DNA of 64,000 nt from assembly GCF_057098645.1 (NCBI RefSeq), contig NZ_CM169472.1, one strand, 5' to 3'. Made by a program: the position numbers and the translations under genes. Positions 47,545 through 60,112 of the stretch are shown one piece after another; the first letter of the stretch is position 1; every line of letters starts with the position of its first letter. The notes beneath the pieces are model-generated. The model worked only from the letters and a program-made list of their open reading frames with translations. It did not search any database and was not told where the DNA came from.

Positions 47545-48939
47545 TCAATATGCCGCTTTGTTAACGAAACCTTTGAATACCGTCAGGAAAACGATTTTGA
47601 TATCGAACCAGACGCTCCATTCGCGGATGTACTCAAGGTCGAACTCGACGCGTTTTTCCATTTTCTCCAGCGTGTCGGTTTCGCCACGCCAGCCGTTAAT
47701 CTGCGCCCAGCCGGTAATGCCCGGTTTCACCTTATGGCGCAGCATGTAGCCTTCAATGAGCTGTCGATACTGTTCGTTATGCGCCACCGCGTGCGGACGT
47801 GGACCGACAATCGACATCCCCCCGGTCAGCACATTGATAAACTGCGGCAGTTCATCCAGCGAGGTGCGGCGCAGAAAGTTCCCCACTTTGGTGACGCGCG
47901 GATCGTTCTGCGTCGCCTGAGTCACCACTTTGTCGTTCTCCATCACTTTCATAGAACGGAACTTCCACACTTTGATCGGCTTGCCATCCATGCCGTAGCG
48001 AGTCTGGCGGAAAATAACCGGCCCCGGTGAGCTCAGTTTCACCGCCAGCGCAATGCAGCACAGCACCGGGGAGATCAGCAGCAGGATAAGCGTCGCCAGC
48101 ACAATGTCTTCTGCACGTTTTATCAGACGGTTAACCCCGGAAAGCGGCGTGTCATACAGCGGCACCACCGGTACGCCGTTCATCTCTTCGATACGGGAAT
48201 GGAGAATGTTGAAGGTAAAGACATCGGGGATCAGCAGCACCGAACAGGTGGTGTCCGCCAGTTGATGGACCAGTTTTTTCACTCGCGCGCCGTCGCACAT
48301 CTGCATCGCGATATAGACGTTATGAATCTTGCCCGCTTTCGCATCCTCGACCAGTTGTTGCAGATTGCCCGCCCAGTCGTTAGAAATGCCGCCCGGTTTT
48401 GGGTCGTGGTATACGCCCACCACTTCAAACCCTAACCACGGCTGATTACGGAAGCTCTCCATCAGCATTTGTCCGGCGGCTAAATCCCCCGCCACCGCGA
48501 CCATCCGCTTGTTATAGCCATGATTACGCAGCCAGCCCGCCCCAATGCGAATACATGAACGGCAAACCACCAGTCCGATGCTGGTCAGCCCATACCACGC
48601 CAGCCAGATTTTCAGTTGCGTGTCGAAATCATTGTTGAACGCCACCAGTCCGGCGCTGAAAATCACGCTTAAGGTCCAGTTTTGTAGCAGCAGGGCAAAT
48701 TCTGTCGCGGCCCGAACACCGCGCCATGAGCGATAAAAATCGGTGATGCCGCCCAGCATCTGGAACACCACCAGCGTAATCAGCGCCACCAACAGGTGCA
48801 TGTAGAGGAATGACAGTCCGCTGACTTCGCAAACCAGCCATAGCCCGGCAAACATGATGGTGATATCTGAAAAGCGTTGCACCATAGAGATTAACGATGC
48901 ATTGGTTTTCGCTCGCTCGCGCTTTTTTAGATTTGTCAT
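47545..48939 (-). CDS. wcaJ: UDP-glucose:undecaprenyl-phosphate glucose-1-phosphate transferase WcaJ
   Basis: ORF 47545..48990 trimmed to MTNLKKRERAKTNASLISMV; 464 aa. Confidence 0.9.
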   Translation of the reverse strand: MTNLKKRERAKTNASLISMVQRFSDITIMFAGLWLVCEVSGLSFLYMHLLVALITLVVFQMLGGITDFYRSWRGVRAATEFALLLQNWTLSVIFSAGLVAFNNDFDTQLKIWLAWYGLTSIGLVVCRSCIRIGAGWLRNHGYNKRMVAVAGDLAAGQMLMESFRNQPWLGFEVVGVYHDPKPGGISNDWAGNLQQLVEDAKAGKIHNVYIAMQMCDGARVKKLVHQLADTTCSVLLIPDVFTFNILHSRIEEMNGVPVVPLYDTPLSGVNRLIKRAEDIVLATLILLLISPVLCCIALAVKLSSPGPVIFRQTRYGMDGKPIKVWKFRSMKVMENDKVVTQATQNDPRVTKVGNFLRRTSLDELPQFINVLTGGMSIVGPRPHAVAHNEQYRQLIEGYMLRHKVKPGITGWAQINGWRGETDTLEKMEKRVEFDLEYIREWSVWFDIKIVFLTVFKGFVNKAAY

Positions 48940-48954
48940 CGTTGTTCCTGTTCT

Positions 48955-49070
48955 ATTGTCGCCTCGCCCCTCACCCCGGCCCTCTCCCAAAGGGGCGAGG
49001 GGGAGAAGAAAGTTCCGTGCTCACTTCTCTCCGCAGACAGTAGAGCGTCAGGGTGAGGGGGAAAGTAATG
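48955..49070. repeat. GC-rich nested palindromic element in the wcaJ-cpsG intergenic region
   Basis: ctcgcccctcaccccggccctctcccaaaggggcgaggggg ... gggtgaggggg; complementary arms read directly; family not identified. Confidence 0.4.
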
Positions 49071-49073
49071 ACA

Positions 49074-50444
49074 TTACTCGTTCAGCAACGTCAGCAGAGT
49101 TCGCGTTCGCGCTTCCATCAGCGGTACATCACCGCGCGATTCCACATTCAACCGCACCACCGGTTCGGTGTTGGAGGAGCGCAGGTTAAAGCGCCAGTCG
49201 GCAAAGGTCATGCTGATACCATCGGTGCGATCCACCGCCAGCGCCTCGCGGCTAAAATGCTGTTCGACGCGGTTAATCGCCTCAACGGGTTGTGACAGTT
49301 TGCTGTTGATCTCACCGCTTGCCGGGAATGCCGCCATCCGGTCGCGCACCAGTTCGCCCAGCGTTTTTCCTTTCAGGCACACCAGTTCGGCGACCAGCAG
49401 CCACGGGATCATGCCGCTGTCGCAGTAAGCGAAATCACGGAAGTAATGGTGGGCGCTCATTTCGCCACCGTAGATGGCGTCTTCCTTGCGCATACGTTCT
49501 TTAATAAAGGCGTGTCCGGTTTTCGACATCACCGGCGTACCGCCAGCGGCAGTCACCACATCAACGGTATTCCAGGAGAGACGTGGATCGTGGATGATCT
49601 TCGCGCCGGGATTTTTTTCGAGGAACGCTTCTGCCAGCAGGCCGACAATGTAGTAGCCTTCGATAAACTGCCCTTTTTCGTCAAACAGGAAGCAGCGGTC
49701 AAAATCGCCATCAAAGGCAATGCCCATATCCGCGCCGTGTTTGATGACCGCATTGCGGGTGTCGTCGCGGCATTCCGGCAGTAGCGGGTTAGGAATACCG
49801 TTGGGGAAATTGCCGTCCGGCGTGTTGTGCACTTTGATTAATTCCACAGGTGCGCCGAGGGCTTTAAAGCGGGCTTCGATGGCGTCCACCACCGGACCCG
49901 CTGCGCCGTTCCCGGAGTTGATCACCAGCTTGAGCGGCGTGAGGTTTTTGACGTTGATATAACCGAACAGGTGATCAACGTAAGCGTCACGCAGGTTGAT
50001 TTGCTGATAGCGACCGCGTTTGGTTTCATCGACGGGAGGAAAGTCGTTGGCTTCAGCCAGGCGCTGGACATCGCGCAGTCCGGTATCACCGCTGATCGGG
50101 CGAGCCCCTTCGCGCACCAGCTTCATGCCGTTGTAATCCATCGGATTATGGCTGGCAGTAACTTCAATGCCGCCATCCACGCCGAGATGGAACGTGGCGA
50201 AATAGATCTCTTCGGTGCCGGACATACCGATATCCAGCACGTCAACGCCCGCATCCTGTAAACCTTTTGCCAGCGCCAGTTTTAAGGTTTCGCTGGTGAG
50301 ACGGACATCACCGCCTAACACAATGGTTTTCGGTTTGAGAAATTCGCCATAGGCGCGACCAATGCGCCAGGCGATATCTTCATTCAGTTCTTCGCCTAAT
50401 TTCCCGCGAATATCATAGGCTTTAAAGCAGGTTAATTTTTTCAT
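49074..50444 (-). CDS. cpsG: Phosphomannomutase
   Basis: ORF 49074..50492 trimmed to [20 protein letters not shown]; 456 aa. Confidence 0.95.
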   Translation of the reverse strand: MKKLTCFKAYDIRGKLGEELNEDIAWRIGRAYGEFLKPKTIVLGGDVRLTSETLKLALAKGLQDAGVDVLDIGMSGTEEIYFATFHLGVDGGIEVTASHNPMDYNGMKLVREGARPISGDTGLRDVQRLAEANDFPPVDETKRGRYQQINLRDAYVDHLFGYINVKNLTPLKLVINSGNGAAGPVVDAIEARFKALGAPVELIKVHNTPDGNFPNGIPNPLLPECRDDTRNAVIKHGADMGIAFDGDFDRCFLFDEKGQFIEGYYIVGLLAEAFLEKNPGAKIIHDPRLSWNTVDVVTAAGGTPVMSKTGHAFIKERMRKEDAIYGGEMSAHHYFRDFAYCDSGMIPWLLVAELVCLKGKTLGELVRDRMAAFPASGEINSKLSQPVEAINRVEQHFSREALAVDRTDGISMTFADWRFNLRSSNTEPVVRLNVESRGDVPLMEARTRTLLTLLNE

Positions 50445-50519
50445 GTCGTTACCCTTTTTCAGGCAATAGTTGGCCCTGACCGAAACGGCCAATTTTGTTT
50501 TTGTCGTTATTTACATCTC

Positions 50520-50636
<117 letters not shown>

Positions 50637-52073
50637 TTACACCCGTCCGTAGCGATCCGCGAAGCGCACCACATCATCCTCTTCGAGATAAGAGCCGGAG
50701 CGCACTTCAATTAAATCGAGCGGAATTTTCCCCGGGTTTTCCAGGCAGTGCGTCGCCCCCAGCGGAATATAAATGGACTCGTTTTCACCAAGCAGTTTGA
50801 TATCACCATCAATGGTGACTTTTGCCGTTCCCGCGACCACTACCCAGTGTTCCGCGCGGTGATGGTGCATCTGTACCGACAAACCCTCGCCCGGTTTCAC
50901 GGTGATGCGTTTCACCTGGTAGCGGTCGCCCGCGTCGATAGAGTCATATTTGCCCCACGGACGATACACTTCGCGATGCACCCGATGCTCATGGCGACCA
51001 TCGGCTTTGATCTGCTCGACCACTTTTTTCACATCCTGTACCGCGTTACGGTCGGCAATCAGCACCGCATCTTTGGTCTGCACCACTACCAGATCTTTCA
51101 CCCCGACGGTGGTGACCAGGCCAGATTCGGCATACACATAGCTGTTTTCAGTTTTGTGATTAATCACATCGCCGTGGCAAACGTTGCCCTCGGCGGTGTG
51201 GGCGCTGATCTCCCATAATGAAGACCAGGAACCAACATCGCTCCAGCCCGCATCCATCGGCACCACAACAGCATCTGCCGTACGTTCCATGACCGCGTAA
51301 TCCACCGACTCTTCCGGGCAGGCGAGAAACGCTTCTTCATCCACACGAATAAAATCAAGATCCGGATCGACGGAGCTCATCGCTTTTTCACAGGCATCGA
51401 GAATATCCGGGCGATATTTTTTCAGTTCTTCGAGATAGCGTCCGGCGCGGAACAGGAACATGCCGCTGTTCCAGTAATATTCGCCGCTTGCCACATAGGC
51501 CTGGGCGGTTTCCAGATTCGGTTTTTCGACAAACTGCGCCACTTCAAAGGCCACCGTATCCTGCTCACCCGCCGACACTTCACCGCGACGAATATAGCCA
51601 TATCCGGTTTCAGGTAGATCCGGCACAATGCCGAAGGTCACCAGCTTGCCCGCTTCGGCATACGGCATGGCATTACGCACGGCGGCACGGAACGCGTCTT
51701 CATCGGCAATCACATGATCCGCCGCCAGCACCAGCATTAACGGGTCGCTCTCCGGGCTATGACGTTTTGCCGCCAGCGCCGCCAGTGCAATGGCAGGTGC
51801 AGTGTTACGCCCTGCCGGTTCGAGAATAATGTTCTCGGTGAGTTTGTTCAGTTGACGCAGCTGTTCCGCGACAATAAAGCGGTGCTGCTCATTGCAAATC
51901 ACCACCGGGCTTTCGCACTCCACGCCGTTCAGGCGGCAGATGGTGGTTTGCAGCATGGTGAGATCGCCTTTCAGGCATAAAAACTGCTTGGGGTAAAGTA
52001 CGCGGGAAAGCGGCCATAAGCGGCTACCGGAGCCACCTGCCATCACAACTGGATAGAGTTTCGACTGCGCCAT
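50637..52073 (-). CDS. cpsB: Mannose-1-phosphate guanylyltransferase
   Basis: 478-aa ORF. Confidence 0.95.
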   Translation of the reverse strand: MAQSKLYPVVMAGGSGSRLWPLSRVLYPKQFLCLKGDLTMLQTTICRLNGVECESPVVICNEQHRFIVAEQLRQLNKLTENIILEPAGRNTAPAIALAALAAKRHSPESDPLMLVLAADHVIADEDAFRAAVRNAMPYAEAGKLVTFGIVPDLPETGYGYIRRGEVSAGEQDTVAFEVAQFVEKPNLETAQAYVASGEYYWNSGMFLFRAGRYLEELKKYRPDILDACEKAMSSVDPDLDFIRVDEEAFLACPEESVDYAVMERTADAVVVPMDAGWSDVGSWSSLWEISAHTAEGNVCHGDVINHKTENSYVYAESGLVTTVGVKDLVVVQTKDAVLIADRNAVQDVKKVVEQIKADGRHEHRVHREVYRPWGKYDSIDAGDRYQVKRITVKPGEGLSVQMHHHRAEHWVVVAGTAKVTIDGDIKLLGENESIYIPLGATHCLENPGKIPLDLIEVRSGSYLEEDDVVRFADRYGRV

Positions 52074-52075
52074 AA

Positions 52076-53299
52076 TTATCCCCGAATATCATTTATAAAT
52101 TGACGTAACACGTTCTCTTTATCGAGCGTGCGTTCGGCATATTCACGTGCCACCGTGTTGTGTTTGGGCAGCAGGAGCGCCTGACGGATCCCCGCCACCA
52201 GCGCCTCGACCGATTCCGGTTCTACGCAAACCGCAATGCCCGGAAAGGTTTCGCAAAGCTGCCCCAGTTCTGTGTGGGCTTCTGCGGTAATCACCGCGTT
52301 ACCGCCTACTGCCAGAATATTGGTCAGTTTCGACGGTAATACGGCATCTGCCGCGCCGCGTTTTTGCACCACCAGATGGCAATCGCCCATCTTCAGCAGT
52401 GCGGGTAAAGCGTCATACGATTGCAGCGGAAAAAATTGCATGTTGCGCAGACCACGCTGTTGCGCCATTTTTTCCAGCCGCGCTTTGCCGCCGCCCTGCC
52501 CGACAATGGCAAAAATCAGCGGTTCATCGCGCAGGCGATCGGCAGCTTCAATAACGTTTTCCAGCCCCTGCTTTTCACCAATATTGCCGGAGTAAAGAAT
52601 GATTTTTTTGTTATCCGGCAGGCCAAGCTGGTTACGAAGGGCATCAACATCGGCCTCTGCGACATGCTGAAAACGGGCAATTTCCGACCAGTTGGGGAAG
52701 AAGATGACGTTTTCCGCCGCCACGCCCTTTTCGATGGCTTTATTCATCATCGAACGCGAAATCGTGGAGACGTTATCGACGTTATGCAGTCCGCTACGTT
52801 CGAACGCCGTTGCCAGCTGTGCCACTTTGCTGCCTTTGCCTTTTCCGGCAAGGCCCAGCCCCAGCATGGCGTCCACTTCGTAATCCTGAATATGCAGCAC
52901 GGTACGCGCACCAGAGAGTTTCGCCAGCAGGCGCATTCCCGGCGCGCAAAACAGCGTTGGCACCACGCCAATAATGCGATCCGGCTTCCAGCGACGTTGC
53001 GCCATCAGCGGAAAGAAACTGCTGACGGCAAAACTGCCCAGATGCAACAGGCGTTTCAGGGTGCTCGGCTGTTTTGGCACATACAGCGGGCAGCGCCACA
53101 CCGTGGCGGCCCCCTCTTCTCGTTTGTAGCGCCAGGCGGAATAGTTCTCGCCCACCTGCCATTGCGGGTAGTAAGGCGGTGCGGTAATGACCCGCACCTC
53201 ATGACCTTGTGCCGCCAGCCATTCCACCATCTCGCCGGTGTATTTGCCGATGCCGGTTAACTCCGGCGAGTAGTTAATGCCGTAGACCAGTATTTTCAT
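52076..53299 (-). CDS. wcaI: Colanic acid biosynthesis glycosyltransferase WcaI
   Basis: 407-aa GT4-type ORF. Confidence 0.9.
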   Translation of the reverse strand: MKILVYGINYSPELTGIGKYTGEMVEWLAAQGHEVRVITAPPYYPQWQVGENYSAWRYKREEGAATVWRCPLYVPKQPSTLKRLLHLGSFAVSSFFPLMAQRRWKPDRIIGVVPTLFCAPGMRLLAKLSGARTVLHIQDYEVDAMLGLGLAGKGKGSKVAQLATAFERSGLHNVDNVSTISRSMMNKAIEKGVAAENVIFFPNWSEIARFQHVAEADVDALRNQLGLPDNKKIILYSGNIGEKQGLENVIEAADRLRDEPLIFAIVGQGGGKARLEKMAQQRGLRNMQFFPLQSYDALPALLKMGDCHLVVQKRGAADAVLPSKLTNILAVGGNAVITAEAHTELGQLCETFPGIAVCVEPESVEALVAGIRQALLLPKHNTVAREYAERTLDKENVLRQFINDIRG

Positions 53300-53775
53300 A
53301 ATCCGGGTACTCCGGTACGCTTCTCAGCGAGAAAATAGGCGCGGCTGTTAGCATGAACATTATCACTGGCGAGCAGCGCGTCCGACGTCAGCCAGCGGTA
53401 ATCGTCATGCTGCTCATCCGGCAGTAACAGCTCTTCTTCCGCTACCGTGAAGCGAAAACCGAGCACCACATAGTGAGTGGTGAAATCCGTGCCAGAGAAG
53501 TTATCGTCATAAAAGTGCTGCCAGACACCGTAAAACTGGCCTGCTGTTATCGGCAGACGCAGCCCCAGTTCCGCCATCGTCAGCCGCTCAAATGCGGCCT
53601 CCAGCGTTTCGTCTTTCTGCACGCGCCCTCCCGGCACAAACCAGTAACCCTGCGCCGGGCGGTTGGTTCTTTTGCCAAGCAGAAACTCGCCGCGACTGTT
53701 CTCGACAATAAAGTCGAGAGAGACAAGCGGGGTGGAGCGCACTACCGTGGCAAAGTCTTCCTGACGTAAAAACAT
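53296..53775 (-). CDS. gmm: GDP-mannose mannosyl hydrolase (NUDIX)
   Basis: ORF 53296..53778; start [12 protein letters not shown]; 159 aa. Confidence 0.9.
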   Translation of the reverse strand: MFLRQEDFATVVRSTPLVSLDFIVENSRGEFLLGKRTNRPAQGYWFVPGGRVQKDETLEAAFERLTMAELGLRLPITAGQFYGVWQHFYDDNFSGTDFTTHYVVLGFRFTVAEEELLLPDEQHDDYRWLTSDALLASDNVHANSRAYFLAEKRTGVPGL

Positions 53776-53777
53776 CA

Positions 53778-54743
53778 TTACCCCCGAAAGCGGTCTTGAT
53801 TCTCAAGGAACCACTGGTAAGTGCTGGCAAGCCCCGCTTCCAGTGAGATTTCGTGATACCAGCCAAGCTGATGCAGGCGCGTCACATCCAGCAGTTTGCG
53901 CGGCGTACCATCCGGTTTGCTGGCATCAAAAACCACCCGACCTTTGTAACCCACCACTTTGGCGATGGTTTGCGCCAGCTCGCGGATAGTGCAGTCAACG
54001 CCCGTACCAACGTTAATGTGCGACAGCATCGGCTGGGTGTTCTCCAGCCAGACTTCATGCGCCAGCTCCATCACATGAATGCTCGCCGCCGCCATGTCAT
54101 CGACGTGCAGGAATTCACGCATCGGTGTACCGCTGCCCCATACCACCACGTCCGGCGCATTCTGTGCCGTCGCCTCGTGGAAGCGACGCAGCAATGCTGG
54201 GATCACATGCGAGTTACTCGGGTGGAAGTTGTCATGCGGCCCGTACAGGTTGGTCGGCATGACAGAGCGGTAATCGCGTCCATACTGGCGGTTGTATGAT
54301 TCGCACAGTTTGATCCCGGCGATTTTGGCAATGGCGTAAGACTCGTTGGTCGGCTCCAGCGTGCCCTGCAATAACTCGCTTTCTGCCATCGGCTGTTTTG
54401 CCAGTTTCGGGTAGATACAGGACGATCCAAGAAACAGCAGTTTGTTCACGTCGTTCTGATGCGCGGCGTGAATGATGTTGCTCTCAATCATCATGTTCTG
54501 GTAGATGAAATCCGCCGGATAGGTGTTGTTGGCAACAATGCCGCCCACTTTCGCCGCCGCCAGATAGACCTGGTCAATGCGTTCGCTGGCAAAGAAATCA
54601 TGCACCGCGCGGCTGTCCAGCAGGTTCAGCTCGTCGCGGGTGCGTAATACCAGTTCCACATCACCGCGCTGTTCGAGCTGCCGCGTGATGGCGGAACCGA
54701 CCATTCCGCGATGGCCAGCGATAAAAATGCGTTGTCTACTCAT
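53778..54743 (-). CDS. fcl: GDP-L-fucose synthase
   Basis: 321-aa [22 protein letters not shown] start. Confidence 0.95.
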   Translation of the reverse strand: MSRQRIFIAGHRGMVGSAITRQLEQRGDVELVLRTRDELNLLDSRAVHDFFASERIDQVYLAAAKVGGIVANNTYPADFIYQNMMIESNIIHAAHQNDVNKLLFLGSSCIYPKLAKQPMAESELLQGTLEPTNESYAIAKIAGIKLCESYNRQYGRDYRSVMPTNLYGPHDNFHPSNSHVIPALLRRFHEATAQNAPDVVVWGSGTPMREFLHVDDMAAASIHVMELAHEVWLENTQPMLSHINVGTGVDCTIRELAQTIAKVVGYKGRVVFDASKPDGTPRKLLDVTRLHQLGWYHEISLEAGLASTYQWFLENQDRFRG

Positions 54744-54745
54744 GC

Positions 54746-55867
54746 TTATGACTCCAGCGCGATCGCCACGTCGTAGCCGTGAGATTTCAGCAGAGAGTGT
54801 TTTTTCGCCGCTTCGAGGTCATTAGCCACCATTTCAGACACCATCTCTCTGAGGGTGATTTCCGGTTTCCAGCCCAGTTTTTCGTGCGCTTTGGTCGGGT
54901 CGCCGAGCAGCGTTTCAACTTCCGCCGGACGGAAGTAACGCGGGTCAACGGCGATAATCACATCGCCCGGTTTAACGCCCGGCGCGTCATGCCCGGTGAC
55001 GGAAACCACAATGCCCTTCTCTTCAACGCCCGTGCCTTCAAAGCGCAGTTTGATGCCCAGCTGTGCTGCCGCCATTTCCACGAACTGACGTACGGAGTAC
55101 TGAACGCCGGTCGCGATAACGAAATCTTCTGGCTGTTCCTGTTGCAGCATCATCCACTGCATTTTTACGTAGTCTTTGGCGTGGCCCCAGTCACGCAGGG
55201 AATCCATATTGCCGAGGTACAGACACGACTCCAGCCCCTGGGCGATGTTGGCGATTGCGCGGGTGATTTTGCGGGTAACGAAGGTTTCGCCGCGGCGCGG
55301 GGATTCATGGTTGAAGAGAATACCGTTACAGGCGTACATGCCGTAGGATTCGCGGTAGTTAACGGTGATCCAGTAGGCATACAGTTTGGCGACCGCATAC
55401 GGAGATCGCGGGTAGAACGGCGTGGTTTCTTTCTGCGGAATTTCCTGCACCAGACCGTACAGTTCAGAGGTGGAAGCCTGATAGAAACGGGTTTTCTTTT
55501 CCAGACCGAGGAAGCGGATCGCCTCCAGCAGGCGCAGCGTACCCATCGCGTCGACGTCAGCGGTATATTCCGGTGACTCAAAAGAAACCGCAACGTGGCT
55601 CATTGCGCCCAGGTTGTACACTTCATCCGGCTGCACTTCACGCAAAATGCGCGTCAGGTTGGAGGTATCACTCAGGTCGCCATAATGCAGATGGAATTTC
55701 GGGTTGCAGGTGTGCGGATCCTGATAAATGTGATCCACGCGCTCGGTGTTGAATGACGATGCACGACGCTTAATACCATGCACCTCGTAACCTTTTTCCA
55801 GCAGAAACTCTGCCAGGTAAGAACCGTCTTGTCCGGTTACACCGGTGATGAGAGCGACTTTTGACAT
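54746..55867 (-). CDS. gmd: GDP-mannose 4,6-dehydratase
   Basis: 373-aa [34 protein letters not shown] start. Confidence 0.95.
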
Positions 55868-55894
55868 GTCTTATTCCTCTGTATTTTTTTGAAT

Positions 55895-56443
55895 TTATTT
55901 AGTTTCAACGCGTTCGCGTATCACCACTGCGGGATTCCCCCGGCAAACCACATTTGCCGGAAGCGATTTAAAAACACTGCTTCGTGCACCCACGACGGTG
56001 CCGTCGCCAATCGTGACGCCAGGGGCAACAAAAACATCGGTTGCCAGCCAGCATTTCTCGCCAATCACAATAGGCGTGGCATTAATGGTGAAATGTTGAC
56101 TTGCATGGTCGTGGCTACCGGTGCATAAATAACTTTTTTGCGATATCACCGAATGTGCGCCAATGGTTATTTCACCGAGGGTATATAAATTGACGTCATC
56201 GCCGACCCACGCGTAATCACCTAAGGTTAATTTCCACGGATAGGTAATTTTTACTGACGGACGAATAACTACGTTTTTTCCTATTTTTGCGCCGAATAAA
56301 CGTAATAAAAAAGCCCGCCAGCGATACAATACTTGTGGCGACCAGGCAAATATTGTTGCCTGTACTGCCCACCATAATTGCACTTTAATAGCGTTGCCGC
56401 CCCGGAACCCTTTCGGCACCGAGAAACCGCTTAAATCTTGCAT
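55895..56443 (-). CDS. wcaF: Colanic acid acetyltransferase WcaF (hexapeptide repeat)
   Basis: 182-aa ORF. Confidence 0.9.
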   Translation of the reverse strand: MQDLSGFSVPKGFRGGNAIKVQLWWAVQATIFAWSPQVLYRWRAFLLRLFGAKIGKNVVIRPSVKITYPWKLTLGDYAWVGDDVNLYTLGEITIGAHSVISQKSYLCTGSHDHASQHFTINATPIVIGEKCWLATDVFVAPGVTIGDGTVVGARSSVFKSLPANVVCRGNPAVVIRERVETK

Positions 56444-56458
56444 CGTTTTCCCTTATAT

Positions 56459-57205
56459 TCAGCTTTTGTTATATAAGGCTTTCGTCTTTGAGGTAGTACG
56501 TTGGCGTAAATGCCAGGATAATTCTGCCCAGAAGCCAGGCACATGTAATATTTGCCGTTGGACTTTTTTCGCGTCAGCACACAATTCCATATTATTGGTG
56601 GTAGATACCCCACCCATAGAAAATTCAGACACCAGGCCATTGAGTTTTTTAAATGCATAACCTGCTTTATACATTTTGGCTGCCAGCGCGTAATCAGAAG
56701 AAACTTTATATTCCAGGTCATAACGCCATTTTTTCAAACCGGATACCGGGAAAAATATCGCCTGATGACTGGCGGGCAGGCTGTGATAAATATACCAACC
56801 CGGTTTGGCGCTACGTTTAATTTTATGCCCGTCGCCAAAATCCAGCAGCGCATCGCCGGTGATCATCACGTTATCTTTTTGCATTTTTAACTTACGGACA
56901 AAATATGCGGCATCCTGATGAAAAATATCGCCCGAGTTGAGAAACAACGCGAACTTGCCTTGTGCCATCGCAATGCCCTTGTTCATGGCGTCGTAGATAC
57001 CGTTATCTGGCTCGCTGACAAAGCGTAGGTTATAGATACCATTGAGATTTTCCAGATACTCACGGGTGCCGTCATTGGAGCCGCCATCGACAACAATCCA
57101 TTCGAAGCTGATATCGTCCGCCTGCGCCAGATGCGCCAGCGAGGCATGTGTTTTGACTATCCCTTCGAGGTTACGAAACGCGACAGTGATTATGCTAAGC
57201 AACAT
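56459..57205 (-). CDS. wcaE: Colanic acid biosynthesis glycosyltransferase WcaE (GT2)
   Basis: 248-aa ORF. Confidence 0.9.
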   Translation of the reverse strand: MLLSIITVAFRNLEGIVKTHASLAHLAQADDISFEWIVVDGGSNDGTREYLENLNGIYNLRFVSEPDNGIYDAMNKGIAMAQGKFALFLNSGDIFHQDAAYFVRKLKMQKDNVMITGDALLDFGDGHKIKRSAKPGWYIYHSLPASHQAIFFPVSGLKKWRYDLEYKVSSDYALAAKMYKAGYAFKKLNGLVSEFSMGGVSTTNNMELCADAKKVQRQILHVPGFWAELSWHLRQRTTSKTKALYNKS

Positions 57206-57215
57206 GTTCTTATTC

Positions 57216-58433
57216 TTACCTCGTAATATTTAACGCTTTTCGCAAAATAAACGGACAGACGATTAAAAATGCATATTCCGGGCTAAATATCGAACCGGTA
57301 AAAAACAGCGATACCGGAGTAAAAAGATATAATTGCACGCGAAAATTGCGGTTATCACCAAAAGCGTTGATCATCATTTTTATCACTTTCCCCATGTACC
57401 ACAGCGATAAAAACACCGCGAACCAGGAAAAATAAATAATCAGCAGATACAAACCATTGTCTATGGTTTTTCCGACATCCGCACCGTTAAATATTCCGAA
57501 TGATGCGACATATTCATAAAGTGAGCCAAATCTGACTACACCGTCAATATGGGTCAAAGAATAACCGACCATCACCAGCGGACCGACAATACGATAATAC
57601 GATGACGATCCTTCCGTACCTAAATCGCCCAGACGGGTGGAAATATAAGGAAACGCGATTACCACACCAACCAGGAATACAGCCAGAGAAATCAATGCTA
57701 ACGGTAACCTTTTCTTAATCGCCTCTTTATTCAGATATTGGAATGCCCACTCCAGCAAATAAAACAGGATAAAGGTCATAACCCCTGAAAACGATCCGGA
57801 TAATATTATCCCTGCGAGAATCATAGCATCGGTTTTAGGCGTTTTGATACCAAACTGTTTGATGCTGAGCCAAATTGAGATTAATGCCAGAGCGAAAAAT
57901 GCCGGTTCGAAATAAAGTGCTGTCGTGCGCTTGCCGCCGAATTTAATGAAATTCAGTACATAGCTGTTGCTGTAAATCAGATATTTCGAAATCGACTCCA
58001 TAATACTGCTGCCACCGGTGAGGATAATTTGCGCCATCTCCACCGCCGCCAGCGCCACCACCAGCCCGACCACCAGATAAAAGAAACGTAATATCTTGCG
58101 ATGGTTGTGTGGCGAAATCGTTTTAAAGCGAATACTCCACACCATGCCAATAATGATCACAATATAGACAAACAGCATGGTTGAAGTGACGTATTTACTG
58201 GCATCCAACGACTGACCAAACAGGTAGTTAAACGCCGTGAGTCCCGCACCAATCCCTAAGGCAATAATCAATTTTTTAACGCTGATGCGTTCTAAAAACA
58301 GCAGTAATAAGACAGGTAAAAAAGTGACGATGGTGATGGGGAAACTTTCGCCAAGCTGGGCGATTTTGACGTTAACCAGCAGGTAGATCAGCGGCAGCAG
58401 CAGGTAGCTACAGATTCTGATAGAAGTTGACAT
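57216..58433 (-). CDS. wcaD: Colanic acid polymerase WcaD
   Basis: ORF 57216..58505 trimmed to [19 protein letters not shown]; 405 aa polytopic membrane protein. Confidence 0.9.
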   Translation of the reverse strand: MSTSIRICSYLLLPLIYLLVNVKIAQLGESFPITIVTFLPVLLLLFLERISVKKLIIALGIGAGLTAFNYLFGQSLDASKYVTSTMLFVYIVIIIGMVWSIRFKTISPHNHRKILRFFYLVVGLVVALAAVEMAQIILTGGSSIMESISKYLIYSNSYVLNFIKFGGKRTTALYFEPAFFALALISIWLSIKQFGIKTPKTDAMILAGIILSGSFSGVMTFILFYLLEWAFQYLNKEAIKKRLPLALISLAVFLVGVVIAFPYISTRLGDLGTEGSSSYYRIVGPLVMVGYSLTHIDGVVRFGSLYEYVASFGIFNGADVGKTIDNGLYLLIIYFSWFAVFLSLWYMGKVIKMMINAFGDNRNFRVQLYLFTPVSLFFTGSIFSPEYAFLIVCPFILRKALNITR

Positions 58434-59625
58434 ACTCCTCCAGCATCTGTTGTCCACTGTAGGCGGCGCGGCTGCGTTGGCTGAACTCAGCCAGCGTGGT
58501 ACCAAATATCGCCTGCGCGATTTCCGGTTTGCTTAACTGCACCAGTTGCAGCACGTCTTCTTCGCTGACGGTTTTACCGCCGGATTTTTGCAGCACTTCC
58601 CGCGCCGCGTCGCTATGGGTGGCAATCACCGGCACGCCAATCGATAGCGCCTCACACAAAATCAGCGGGTAGTTATCGACGCGAGAACTGAACACCAGCG
58701 CATCCATCTGATTGAGCGCGCTCATCAACTTGCGCTTGTCAGTTTCAAAGCCGTGATTAACCACGTTGCCAGCGGTGAACGGCGAGAACTTACCAAAGGT
58801 ATGCAGTTCGATTTTATCGCCCAGCGCCATCATCTCACGCACCAGTTGCTGGTTAGTCTTGCCGTCGTAACGCAGGTCATGCGCCACCACCGCGATTTTC
58901 GGCTTGCCCTGGGTTTCGCGTACCGGAGGCAAGTCCGCCAGAATCGCTTCTGTTGCCACATCAATACCATTATTGATAATCCGGCAACGCCCTGGACCGT
59001 ACAGACTATTGAAAGCGTCAGCCACATGCTGGCTGGGGGAAATAAACTGACAGCCCAGTGCCAGCATCTCGCGGAATAACTGGCGTTTGCCCGCCACCAG
59101 CTGGTGCGCCCGATCAATCTTCACCGGCGGATAGTTATTTAAGGTCGGGCATTTCTGGCAGCCCGTTTTCCAGCCTTCGCAACCGTCGGTAAAGGCGCAG
59201 CGTCCGGTAACGCTCCAGTGATCGTGCAGCGTCCAGACCAGAGTGGCGTCCGGTTTATGGTTTTTCACCTTTTCGCAAAAGCGCACCACGCTGTTAAGAT
59301 TCAACCAGTAGCTGTGCAGCACATGAAAATGCAGGACCACCGGACCCGGTGTGCGAGTAATGGTGCGATATAACTCATTGAAATTGCCGAACAGATCGCG
59401 ATTAAACAGACGAAACAGGGCAATATTCGCCATCGCGGTCATCCGCGGCGTATGTTTGATGACCTGCGGATAGTTCTGATGGCTGACGCTCTCTTTGCCG
59501 CCTTTGCCGTAGCCATAGACAAAATGTGACGCCAGCCCCTGTTGCAGCGCACGCTGGTGGAGATCTAACGCCACACCTGCTGCCCCGCCTTCCGCCAGTC
59601 GCACATTAAATTGCAAAATATTCAT
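58408..59625 (-). CDS. wcaC: Colanic acid biosynthesis glycosyltransferase WcaC
   Basis: 405-aa ORF. Confidence 0.9.
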   Translation of the reverse strand: MNILQFNVRLAEGGAAGVALDLHQRALQQGLASHFVYGYGKGGKESVSHQNYPQVIKHTPRMTAMANIALFRLFNRDLFGNFNELYRTITRTPGPVVLHFHVLHSYWLNLNSVVRFCEKVKNHKPDATLVWTLHDHWSVTGRCAFTDGCEGWKTGCQKCPTLNNYPPVKIDRAHQLVAGKRQLFREMLALGCQFISPSQHVADAFNSLYGPGRCRIINNGIDVATEAILADLPPVRETQGKPKIAVVAHDLRYDGKTNQQLVREMMALGDKIELHTFGKFSPFTAGNVVNHGFETDKRKLMSALNQMDALVFSSRVDNYPLILCEALSIGVPVIATHSDAAREVLQKSGGKTVSEEDVLQLVQLSKPEIAQAIFGTTLAEFSQRSRAAYSGQQMLEEYVNFYQNL

Positions 59626-60110
59626 TTAATTACCTTCACTCGCGCTTTTTCTCCCACCACCAGCGCGTTGTCCGGGACAGAGTCGAGCACCACGCTGCCC
59701 GCGCCCACGGTGACGTTGTTACCAAGCGTGATATCACCAAGAATAATGACGTTGGCACCGAGTTCGACGCCGTTGCCAATGTGTGGACATGCCATGTTAT
59801 CGGCACCACGATTGCCGATAGTGACGCCGTGGCGAATGGTGAAATCATCCCCCGCTACCACGTTTTTATTGATCACTACGGCGTAACCGTGATGGATAGT
59901 AAAGCGGCGGCCAATGGTCGCGGCTGCCTGGATTTCATAACCGAAAAAGCATTCGGTGATAATGCGATACAGCACCAGCAGCGGGGCCGCCCACAGATTG
60001 TTGAGGACGTTCTTTTTGCGCCACACCGAACAAAAATGAGCGACGCGATAGGCAAGAACCATGCAGCACGGGCGTAAACTCCAGCTGTTGGCGCGTAGAT
60101 CTTCCAGCAT
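59622..60110 (-). CDS. wcaB: Colanic acid acetyltransferase WcaB (serine acetyltransferase family)
   Basis: 162-aa hexapeptide-repeat ORF. Confidence 0.9.
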   Translation of the reverse strand: MLEDLRANSWSLRPCCMVLAYRVAHFCSVWRKKNVLNNLWAAPLLVLYRIITECFFGYEIQAAATIGRRFTIHHGYAVVINKNVVAGDDFTIRHGVTIGNRGADNMACPHIGNGVELGANVIILGDITLGNNVTVGAGSVVLDSVPDNALVVGEKARVKVIK

Positions 60111-60112
60111 CT

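Noticed and set aside
43505-48030. Several long antisense ORFs (43505-44026, 44983-45648, 46944-47537, 47359-48030) on the plus strand
   Set aside because: All are embedded opposite well-supported wca genes in GC-rich sequence, with low-complexity Arg/His/Gln-rich translations; judged spurious.
52421-53260. 279-aa ORF on the plus strand
   Set aside because: Antisense to wcaI and gmm; composition is typical of non-coding GC-rich frames.
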